Assembly: GCF_036365525.1 (NCBI RefSeq)
Contig: NC_090399.1
Location: 59,180,430-59,244,429 of the forward strand
Direction of reading: 5' to 3'
Length of the DNA: 64,000 nt
Origin: Heterodontus francisci
Taxonomy: Eukaryota
The translations under genes and the position numbers were made by a program. Numbering within the stretch: position 1 is the stretch's first letter; every line of letters begins with the position of its first letter. Shown one piece after another: positions 25,001-37,000 of this stretch. The notes beneath the pieces were generated by a model. The model was not told where the DNA came from, made no database searches, and saw nothing but the letters and a program-made list of their open reading frames with translations.

Positions 25001-28000
25001 TATGGGCTTTCAGAAGGCATTTGATAAAGTGCCACAAAATAGACTTACTAGTAAAATTGAAGCCAATGGGATTAGAGGGACAGTGTCAGAGTGGATATGG
25101 AATTGGATCAGGGACAGAAATCAGAGAGGAATGGTGAATGATTATTTTTCAGACTGGAAGGAAGTAGAAAGTGAAGGATTGGTATGAGGATCACATCTCT
25201 TTTTGATATATATTAATGATCTGGACTTGGGTATAAGGGCATAAATTCAAGGTGTGCAATGACACAAAACTCAGAAATGCAGTAACCAATGAAGAGGATT
25301 AGAACAGATTTCAGGAGGACATAGACAGACTGGTGAAATGGGCAGACACGTGACAAATGCAGTTTAATGCAGAGAAGTGTTAGGTGATTGATTTTGGAAG
25401 GCAGAATGAGGAGAGGTGATTCTAAACAGTCACTGTTCCTCTTACCCCAGTCTAGGATCTCCATTCCTTCTTTTTCGCTTTGCTCATATTGACAGGAATA
25501 GTTGGCACCATTCTCAGGTGCGATCTGAACCCATCTCCTGAGCTGGTAGGTGCCATCGTGGTTGGGTAGGATGCCAGTGGAACATGTGTCTGCAATCGGT
25601 GCGCCATTTCTCAAGAGGGTGACTTCGATATCGCGAGGGTAAAATCCTGTGACGAGGCAGCAGAGTTGTGTCGGTTTAGCAGCTGATGCCTTGTCCGCGG
25701 AAAGAAACACTTGAGGAGCAACTGAGTAAAACAGATCAGAGGCAGGTCAGTGTAAGAGACAGGGAATGGTAAATATCCCTTTAAATTGGGGATTAGACCC
25801 CTGACCCCAGGGAAAGGTACATACCCCTTTAAACTGGGGTTTAGACACCCTGACTCCAGGTAACAGTACGTACCCCTTTAAACTGGGGTTTAGACCACCG
25901 ACTCTCAGTCACCTCTTCTGACTCACCGACTCTCAGTCCCCCCTTTACTCACCAACACTCAGTCCCTTCCCCCTCAATCACCGACTCTCAGTCCCCCCTC
26001 ACTCACCAACTCTCAGTCCCCCCTCACTCAGAGTCTCAGACCCCCTCACTCAGAGTCTCAGTCCCCCCTCACTCAGAGTCTCAGTCCCCCCCTCACTCGC
26101 TGAGTCTCAGTCCCACCTTACTCGCTGACTTTCAGTCCCCCCTCACTCACTGACTCTCAGTCCCCCCCCCCTCACTAACTGACTCTCAGACCCCCCTCAC
26201 TCACTGACTCTCAGTCCCACCTCATTCACTGACTCTCCCCCCTCCCCCCACCCCCACCCACTCACTCACCGTGTCTCAGTTCCTTTTCTCCAAGTTTCAG
26301 GTACTTCTTCAGCCATTCGATGCAGGTCCCCTCCAGGTAACCCTTCCTCTGCTGGTTCCTGGCCTTGTCCTGGTCCCACTTGTTCTTGGTAATCAGTCCC
26401 CAGCTTACCGGTGTTACCCACACCATGTTATCCTTATCAAAGCTGATGTAATCCCGCCCGTCCCAGCCTTCCTGATGGAACCCGCTGGTGCTCCCGTCAT
26501 CCTGCAGCTCACAGCCATACATCACCTGTACTGTGTGGATCCCTGTCAATCAAACACACACAGCCAATCAGAGCCAAATAACAGAGAGCCAACAGTTCTG
26601 ACTGCCTTCCACAACTGTCAGTGAAACACACACAGCCAAACAGATCCAGGAGCAGAGTGAAGGGGAGGTGGGGGAAAGCCGGGAATGATTGGGAGTTGGT
26701 AAAGAGCTGGTCCTGTCTTTCAGCCCCACAACAAAGTGCATCACTCCACCCAATTCCCGGCTTCTGTTTACTATATAGTGGAGAGACCATTACGGTTGGA
26801 GCGTATGAAACAAAAATTGTGTTTGGAAAATATGTTTGAGATTTTTGAAGAAGTAACTGATAAGATGAATAAGGGGTACCAATGGATGTAGTGTATTTGA
26901 ATTTTCAAAAAGCATTCAATGAGGTGCCATCCAAGAGCTTTTTTCCACTAAATTAGGACTCAAGGCTTTGAGGATTAGTTAAAGGACAGAAAACAGAGAG
27001 TAGGAATAAACGGGTCATCTCCGGGATGGCAGGCTGTAATGAGTTGGGTACCACAGGGATCAGTACTTGGGTCTCAGCTATTTAGGCCCAAGACACAAAA
27101 AGTTCCACAGAGGGATAGGGCAGGTTGAGTGAGTAGGCAAGAACATGTCAGATGAAATACAATGTGGTAAGGTGGCCATTTGGTCTGCATCCATTACTTT
27201 GGAAATGTCCAGCCTCTCGTCTTCATTGGCTAATATCAGTGTCATTTAAAATCAGAATTCTATTGGTCCTGTGAGTACCCGCAAAGATCCTATTGGACCT
27301 AACCATGTGCCTGTCTTTTAGACGCCCGAACGCTATATCTGTTGCTTGTACTGTGATGAAAGTGGAGCCATTGTCTTCTTCATCAAAATGCTCAAGCAAA
27401 AGACATTGTTCAACGCAGTATGGTCAAAAGAAAGTGATTTCATAGCAAAAAAAAAATCAGGAAGGGAGAGGATCAAACACTCTGCATTTTGTACCAAGGT
27501 GATACCAATGTCAGCCACCAAGGAAAGGGAGATGTGGATCAACACATTTTGTTGGAAAAACACAAAGTGAGCACCCAATTTGCAAGTACATCATCATTGA
27601 GGTCTTTTTTTCAAATCATCTGCATCACCTCAAAACAATAAAGTAACTGCTGCTGAACTACAAATGTCTGCCACTCGGTGAAGAATCACCAGTCTTATAG
27701 AAATATCGACTGCAGTACAAGGTGACAAAGAAATCTCCTTCATACCAAGAGACCTGACATGTGGGGAAACAAAGGCAAAAACACTGAGCGAGAAGCTTCA
27801 TGCAGAAGTACTTGGATTGCATTAAAGCAGATGATCTTTTTATTTTCTTTGGCAATTGATGCGTCAAACAAGGGTGAAACAAAATGTTTCCCCTTCGGTT
27901 TGGGATATTTTAATTTCGAGAAGGGGATCCCGCATTTACTGTTGGATTTTTATACTGATAGCCAGGAAACCTGGGAAGCAATCGCAACAGAAAAATGATC

Positions 28001-31000
28001 CAAACTCAGTGCCTTTGATCTCATCCCATGAAGACTTTCCGTGTATTCGGCTGACAACACAAGTGTTAATTCTGAAAAGCACAACAGTATTTACCAAGAA
28101 GTAAAAGGCTCTCAAACGGACATAGTTGCAGCCAACTGTTTGGCTCATATTTTGCATAATACAACAAGGTACATCATCTGAAACCTCGCTGTTGATACAA
28201 AAAACCATCATTCTCAAGGTATACGGTCACTTCCACACTTCTGCAATCAGAACAGAGCATTTAAGGGAGTTTTGTGACTTTGTTGGCGTGGAGGAGCGCA
28301 ATCTGTTGAAGCACGTTGTGATCAGGTGGCTTTTTCTACTGCTGGCTATTGACAGATTGTGGAAATGCTGGAAAACTCGAACAAGATCATTTCAGAGTTT
28401 AGGTGAGCAAGAATGCCCCAAAATACGATGGAAATGCTTCAGGGATGAGGAGGTTGCTAATGACGTGGCTGAGCTTTACTTTCTCTTTCTCAGCATTGCT
28501 CAAACTATTCACTTTATCAAAGCTTTAGAGGTCAAGTCGTTCAGCATCCTCTTGGTGTATGAGCTGATTTAATTAAATTAAATCAATCAGATTAGAGAAC
28601 ATAGGAAATTGGAGCAAGAGTAGGCCATTCAGCCCCTTGAGCCTACTCCACCATTTAACTAGATCATGGCTGATTTTCTACCCTAAGGGCATCCTCCTGC
28701 ACTATCCCCATACTCATTGATATCTTCAATATCTAGAGAACTATCAATCTCTCTCTTGAACACACTCAATGACTGAGCCTCCACAGCCCGCTGGGTTAGA
28801 GAATTCCTAAGATTTACTACCCTCTGAGTGAAGAAATTCATCCTCATCTCAGTCCTAAATGGCCTAATCCTTAATCTGAGACTGTGGCCGCTGGTTCGAG
28901 ACTCCCCAGCCAGGGGAAACCTCCATCCTGCATCAACCTTGTCGAGACTTCGAAGAATTTTGTATGCTTCAGAGATCATTCTTCCAAACTCTAGTGCATC
29001 GAGGCCCAGTCTCCTCAATCTCTCCTCATAGGACAATCCCACCATCCCAGGAATCAGTTTAGTGAACCTTTGTTGCACTCCCTCGATGGCAAGTATATCC
29101 TTCCAGAGGCAAGGAGACCAAAACTATACTCGACACTCCAGGTACGGTCTCACCAAGGCTCTATAAAATTGCAGCAAGACATCTTTACTCCTGTACTCAA
29201 ATCCTCTTGCAATATAGGCCAACATACCATTTGCCTTCCTAATTGCTTGCTGCACCTACAGTCATAGAGTTATACAGCACAGAAATAGGCCCTTTGGCCC
29301 ATCGTGTTCGTACTGGCCATCAAGCACCTAACTATTCTAATCCCATTTTCCAGCACTTGGCCCATCGCCTTGTATACTGTGGCGTTTTTTTTTAAACACC
29401 TGCATGTTACTTTTTAGTGACTGATGAACAAGGAGACCCAGGTCCCTTTGGACATCAACACTTCCCATTCTCTCACCATTTAAGAAATACTCTGCATTTC
29501 TGTTTTTCCTACCAAAGTGGATCCACATTATATTCCACCTGTCATGTTCTTGTCCATTCACTTAGCCTATCTAAATCCCCTTGAAGCCTCTTTGTATGCT
29601 CCTCACAACTCACATTGCCTCCTAGTTTTGTGTCATCAGCATAATTGGAAATATTACATTTGGTCCCTATATCCAAATCATTGATATAGATTGTGAATAG
29701 CTGGGATCCAAGCACTGATTCCTGCCATACACCACTAGTCACAGCCTGCCAACCTGAAAATGGCCCATTTATTCCTACTCCATGTTTTCTGGTCATTAAC
29801 CAATTCTCAGTCCATGCCAGTATATTACCCCCAATCCCATGTGCTCTAATTTTGCTTACTTACTCTTGTGTGGGACCTTATCGAATGCCTTCTGACAATC
29901 CAAATACACCACATCCTCCGGTTCCGCCTCATCTATCCTGCTAATTATATCCTCAAAATATTCCAACAGGTTTGTCAAACATAATTTTCCTTTCATAAAT
30001 CCATGGTGACTCTGCCCAATCCTACCATTATTTTCTAAGTGACCAGTTATCACATCCTTTATAATAGATTCTAGCATTTCCCCTACTAATGTCGGGCTAA
30101 CATGTCTGTAGTTACCTATTTTCTCTCTCCCTCCTTTCTTAAATAGTGAGGTTACTTTTTCTACCTTCGATATGATAACTACAATTACACAGGGTATTGT
30201 TGAGGTCACACCTGGAATATTGTGTGCAGTTTAAGGAAAGAACGTACTTGCCCGAGATGGAGTATAACAAAGGTTCTCTAGACTGATTCCAGTTAATTGG
30301 CCTATAAGAAGAAATTGAGTATGGTAGACCTATATTCCCTGGAATTTAGAAGAATGGGAAGTGATCTAATTGGAATATACAAGATTCTGAAGGGGCTTGA
30401 CAGAGTAGACACTGAGAGGTTGATTCCCCTGTTCGGGGAATCTAGAATACGGGGTCACAGTCTCAGAATAAGGTGTTGGTCATTGTAGAATGAGTTGAAA
30501 AAAAAATGTCTTCATGCAGAAGGTTGTGAATCTTTGGAATTCTCCACCCTAAAGAACTGTGGATGCTCACTCATTGAGTAGATTCAAGACAAAGGTTGAT
30601 AGATTTTTGGGTGCAAAGGGAATGAAGGGAGGGGAGGACGGTGCAGGAAGGTGGAATTGAGATAGAAGATCAGCCATGATCTTTTAAATGTTGGAAAAGG
30701 CTCAATAGTCTATTCCTGCTCCTATTTCTTACGTTCTTTTGAGACACAGCAGGGGTAGGGGAACAGAGAGAGACGAGTTGGGGGAGTAGAGAGACACAGG
30801 GGGCTGAAATTTATAGTCCCGTCACCATAATCGGCGGTGGGCGAAAGCAGGGCGGGCTGCACATTGCACAGCCCCCGCGATATTAAGTGCGGCGGCTCAT
30901 TTAAATAGCCGATTCGGACCGCCCACCACGATGACATGGAGAGGGCGGCTGTCCGTCCCCGGCAACAGCGTCAGCTACCTTTGTGCAGGCGCTGAGGCCA

Positions 31001-34000
31001 TTTTTAAAGGGCTTCCAACCCTAGATTTCAATTTAAATATTTAAAGAGCGATTGATTTTTAAAAATTAAATAAATTGATCTTGCCCCTCTCCCACCAACC
31101 CCCCCCAATAACCATCGATTAAATTACCAGCCCTCTCCCCCTACAAAACAGTTACCTTGCGCACCTGACCTTCCCCCCACAATGTGCATCAACTTTACAC
31201 TTCACCCCTTCCCCCCCATCCCCTGCACCAATGAGATAACTGTGACCCAACTCCCTCCTCTCCACACAGAGAAACACACCTGCTCCGCCCTCTCCACCAG
31301 TGTTCCGCCTTTAATCCCTGGACGGGGATCCGAAGGTGTGGGATTGCCGGCCACTGACACAAATATCACACCAGGACAGACGGCGGGAGTGTAAAGGGAA
31401 TTTCTTTGTTTATTTAAATTAATTTATGTATTTAAATTGGGCTCCCGACGCCAAGCGGTGGGAGTGCCGCCATGAGGCCTCGTCACCGCCGGCAATATCG
31501 GGCCGGGCCTTCCCGGCATCATGGTCTGTGGTGAGCCTGTCCCTCAGGCATTTTCCGGACTCCCCACATCACGACCCCTGATGTCAGGGGGTCTGTAAAA
31601 TTCTCCCCAGGGGAACAGAAAGACATGAGGAGTGAAGAGAGAAAGAGAGAGAGAAAAACAGGGTGTGGGAAGAAGAGAAAAACTAGGGAGGGTGGGGGAA
31701 CAGTTAGAAATGGGACGGGAAATAGATATGGAGGGGAATAGTGAGACACAGGAGCGGAATAGATCGAGAGACACAGGAGGGGAATAGATAGAGAGACACA
31801 GGAGGGGAAAAGAGAGACACAGGAGGGGAAAAGAGAGACATGGGGAGGGTTCAGAGAGAGACGGTGGGGGGGGGGGGGGGTGGCGTGCGTGGTGGGATAG
31901 TGACACGGGAGTTGAGAAAAACCAGGGGAGTTGGGGGAATAGAAACATACATAGAAACATAGAAAATTGGAGCAGGAGTAGGACATTCGGCCCTTCGAGC
32001 CTTCTCCACCATTCATTATGATCATAGCTGATCGCAGTGGTTAGCACCGCAGCCTCACAGCTCCAGCGACCTGGGTTCAATTCTGGGTACTGCCTGTGTG
32101 AAGTTTGCAAGTTCTCCCTGTGTCTGCGTGGGTTTTCTCCGGGTGCTCCGGTTTCCTCCCACAGCCAATAGACTTGCAGGTTGATAGGTAAATTGGCCAT
32201 TATAAATTGCCCCTAGTATAGGTAGGTGGTAGGGAAATATAGAGACAGGTGGGGGATGTAGTAGAAATATGTATAGGATTAGTATAAATGGGTGGTTAAT
32301 GGTCGGCACAGACTTGGTGGGCCGAAGGGCCTGTTTCAGTGCTGTATATCTAAATCTAAATCTAAATCCAACTCAGTAACCTGGTCCCGCTTTCGCCCCA
32401 TACCCTTTGATCCCTTTAGACCCAAGAGCTATATCTAACTCCTTCTTGAAAACATACTATGTTTTGGCCTCAACTGCTTTCTGTGGTAGTGAATTCCACA
32501 GGCTCACCATTCTCTGGGTGAAGAAAGTTCTCCACATCTCAGTCCTGAAAGGTTCAAGTCCTATTAGAATTTTATAGGTTTCTATGAGATTCTCCCTCAC
32601 TCTTCTGAACTCCAGCGAATATAATCCTTAGCGAATTAATCTTTCCTCATACCTCAGTCCCGCCATCCCAGGAATCAGTCTGTTAAACCTTCGCTGCACT
32701 CCCTCTATAGCAAGAACATCCTTCCTCAGATAAGGAGACCAAAACTGCTCACAATATTTCAGGTGTGGCCTCACCAAGGCCCTGTATAATTGCAACAAGA
32801 CATCCCTGCTTCTGTACTCGAATCCTCTCACTATGAAGGCATGGAGTGTCAAATAGATATGTGGGGGGAATAGAGAGATATGGGAGGGAGGAATAGAGAG
32901 ACATGGGGGTAGAATAAAGACAGATGGAGGAATAGAGAGACATGGGAGGGGATATAGAGAGTTACTGGGGTGAAAATAGAGCAGCAAAGGGGTGAAATAC
33001 AGAGACACGGGGGGCATAGAGAGAGAGAGAGACGGATGGGTGTATAGAGAAACATTGTGGGGGAGGCAGTTGAGAGACTGGGGTCTAATAGAAAGACACC
33101 ATAGTGGAACAGAGAGACTTGGAGGGAATAGAGAGACATGATGGGGTTTGGGGGGGCGGGGGGGGTGGAGGTGGAGGGGTTGGGGGTTGGGAATAGAGAG
33201 ACACTGGGGTGGAGTAGAGAGGCACAGAGTGGTGTAGAGAGAGATGTGGGGGAGGAGGCAATTGAGAGATGGGGGTCCAATAGGGAGACACCTTGGTGGA
33301 AAAGAGAGACTTGGAGGGGAATAGAGAGAGATGGGGGAATAGAGAGACACGGAGAGAGGAATAGAGAGACAGGGTGGTGGAATAGACAAATATGGGAGGG
33401 GGAAATAGACACAACGGTGGGGAATAGAGAGACACAGTGAGGCTTGAATTTAGGAATATGAGACGGTAAATAGACATGAGGAAAATGTAGAGAGAAACAG
33501 TGGTGCGGGAATAGAGAGCATTGTGGGAGGGCAAGGTCTCACCACCCGTCTGGTTGGTCCGGTTTAAGGCGGTCTGAATATTGGTCTGTCCAATGTGCTC
33601 TGAGCTCCGCAGGATCTGTGTCTGCTGTTCCCAGTACTCAGGGCCCTGACTCTCCGCCATCCACTGCTGCCGAGAGATTACTTCCTGAAGATTGCTGTCG
33701 TAGTAATCAATCGTAGCATCGTCCACATAACCGACGGCCACAAACTCTGGCAGACCAGAAATCGGGGTCATTGCCGTGTAGAAATACCGGAGAGAGTGAG
33801 ATCCTGAAACACAGAAAGACATCAGGCATGAACCCCAAAACACCAACCCAACAGAGAGAAAGAGAGAGAGACATCAGGGCATGAACACTAAAACATCAAC
33901 ACCACAGAGAGAGAGAGAGAGAGAGAGAGAGACATCAGGGCATCAACCCCAAATCACCAACCCCACAGAGCGAGTGAGACATCAGAGCATGAACCCCAAA

Positions 34001-37000
34001 ACACAAACCCAACAGAGAGAGAGAGAGAGAGAGAGAGACATCAGGGCATCAACCCCAAAACACCAACCCCACAGAGCGAGAGAGAGAGAGAGAGACATCA
34101 GGGCATCAACCCCAAATCACCAACCCCACAGAGCGAGTGAGACATCAGAGCATGAACCCCAAAACACCAACCCCACAGAGAGAGAGAGAGAGACATCAGG
34201 GCATGAACCCCAAAACACCAACCCCACAGAGCGAGAGAGAGAGAGAGAGACATCAGGGCATCAACCCCAAATCACCAACCCCACAGAGCGAGTGAGACAT
34301 CAGAGCATGAACCCCAAAACAACAACCCCACAGAGAGAGAGAGATCAGGGCATGAACCCCAAAACATCAACCCCACAGAGAGAGAAAGACATCAGGGCAT
34401 GAACCCCAAAACATCAACCCCACAGAGAGAGAGAGAGAGAGAGAGAGACATCAGGGCATGAACCCCAAAACATCAACCCCACACAGAGAGAGAGAGACAT
34501 CAGGGCATGAACCCCAAAACACCAACCCCACAGAGAGAGAGAGAGACATCAGGGCATGAACCCCAAAACAACAACCCCACAGAGAGAGAGAGAGAGATCA
34601 GGGCATGAACCCCAAAACAACAACCCCACAGAGAGAGAGAGATATGGGCATGAACCCCAAAACATCAACCCCACAGAGAGAGAAAGACATCAGGGCATGA
34701 ACCCCAAAACACCAACCCCAGAGAGAGAGAGAGAGAGATCAGGGCATGAACCCCAAAACATCAACCCCACAGAGAGAGAAAGACATCAGGGCATGAACCC
34801 CAAAACAACAACCCCACAGAGAGAGAGAGAGAGATCAGGGCATGAACCCCAAAACATTAACCCCACAGAGAGAGAAAGACATCAGGGCATGAACCCCAAA
34901 TCACCAAACCCACAGAGAGAGAGAGACATCAGGGCATGAACCCCAAAACACCAACCCCACAAAGAGAGAGAGAGAAAGACATCAGGGCATGAACCCCAAA
35001 ATACCAACCCCACAGAGAAAGAGAGACATCAGGGCATGAACCCCAAAACATCAACCCCACAGAGAGAGAGACATCAGGGCGTGAACCCCAAATCACCAAC
35101 CCCACAGAGAAAGAGAGACATCAGGGCATGAACCCCAAAACATCAACCCAACAGAGAGAGAGACATCAGGGCATGAACCCCAAAACACCAACCCCACAGA
35201 GAGAGAAAGAGACATCAGGGCATGAACCCCAAAATACCAACCCCACAGAGAAAGAGAGACATCAGGGCATGAACCCCAAAACACCAACCCCACAGAGAGA
35301 GAGACATCAGGGCATGAACCCCAAAACACCAACCCCACAGAGAGAGAGACATCAGAGCATGAACCCCAAAACATCAACCCCGCAGAGAGAGAGAGAGACA
35401 TCAGGGCATGAACCCCAAAACACCAACCCCAGAGAGAGAGACATCAGGGCATGAACCCCAAAACATCAACCCCACAGAGAGAGAGAGAGACATCAGGGCA
35501 TGAACCCCAAAACACCAACCCCGCAGAGAGAGAGAGAGAGACATCAGGGCATGAACCCCAAAACACCAACCCCAGAGAGAGAGAGAGAGACATCAGGGCA
35601 TGAACCCCAAAACAACAACCCCACAGAGAGAGAGAGAGACATCAGGGCATGAACCCTAAAACACCAACCCCAGAGAGAGAAAGAGAGACATCAGGGCATG
35701 AACCCCAAAACAACAACCCCACAGAGAGAGAGAGAGACATCAGGGCATGAACCCTAAAACACCAACCCCAGAGAGAGAGATAGACATCAGGGCATGAACC
35801 CCAAAACATCAACCCCACAGAGAGAGAGAGAGACATCAGGGCATGAACCCCAAAACATCAACCCCACAGAGAGAGAGAGACATCAGGGCATGAACCCCAA
35901 ATCAACAACCCCACAGAGAGAGAAAGAAATCAGGGCATGAACCCCAAAACATCAACCCCACAGAGAGAGAGAGACATCAGGGCATGAACCCTAAAACATC
36001 AACCCCACAGAGAGAGAAAGAAATCAGGGCATGAACCCCAAATCAACAACCCCACAGAGAGAGAGACATCAGGGCATGAACCCCAAAACATCAACCCCAC
36101 AGAGAGAGAGAGACATCAGGGCACGAACCCCAAAACATCAACCCCACAGAGAGAGAGAGACATCAGGGCATGAACCCCAAAACACCAACCCCACAAAGAG
36201 AGAGAGAGAAAGACATCAGGGCATGAACCCCAAAATACCAACCCCACAGAGAAAGAGAGACATCAGGGCATGAACCCCAAATCACCAACCCCACAGAGAA
36301 AGAGAGACATCAGGGCATGAACCCCAAAACATCAACCCCACAGAGAAAGAAAGAAATCAGGGCATGAACCCCAAATCAACAACCCCACAGAGAGAGAGAC
36401 ATCAGGGCTGGAACCCCAAAACATCAACCTCACAGAGAGAGAGAGAGACATCAGGGCATGAACCCCAAATCAACAACCCCACAGAGAGAGAGACATCAGG
36501 GCATGAACCCCAAAACATCAACCCCACAGAGAGAGAAAGACATCAGGGCATGAACCCCAAATCAACAACCCCACAGAGAGAGAGACATCAGGGCATGAAC
36601 CCCAAAACATCAACCCCACAGAGAGAGAGAGAGAGAGACATCAGGGCATGAACCCCAAAACATCAACCCCACAGAGAGAGAGAGAGAGAGAGACATCAGG
36701 GCATGAACCCCAAAACACCAACCCCAGAGAGAGAGAGAGAGACATCAGGGCATGAACCCCAAAACACCAACCCCACAGAGAGAGAGAGAGAGAGAGACAT
36801 CAGGGCATGAACCCCAAAACACCAACCCCACAGAGAGAGAGAGAGAGAGACATCAGGGCATGAACCCCAAAACAACAACCCCACAGAGAAAGAGAGATCA
36901 GGGCATGAACCCCAAAACATCAACCCCACAGAGAGAGAAAGACATCAGGGCATGAACCCCAAAACATCAACCCCACACAGAGAGAGAGATCAGGGCATGA

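Larger units (their letters stand above)
17800..25420. mobile_element. Patchwork of CR1 fragments on both strands filling intron 4
   Basis: APE part (ORF 18061-18399 VIMGEFNHPNIDW...LDLVL...SDHN), RT parts (21572-21784 SQHGFVKGKLCLTNL; 22020-22697 QGSVLGPLL; 24984-25187 FQKAFDKVP) and several 3' tails. Confidence 0.85.

Noticed and set aside
25441-25721. Missing Ig core Trp (EVTLLRNG) and CQYEQ instead of CxVxH as signs of a pseudogene
   Set aside because: As I recall, shark classical alpha3 domains share these substitutions, and the frame is intact.
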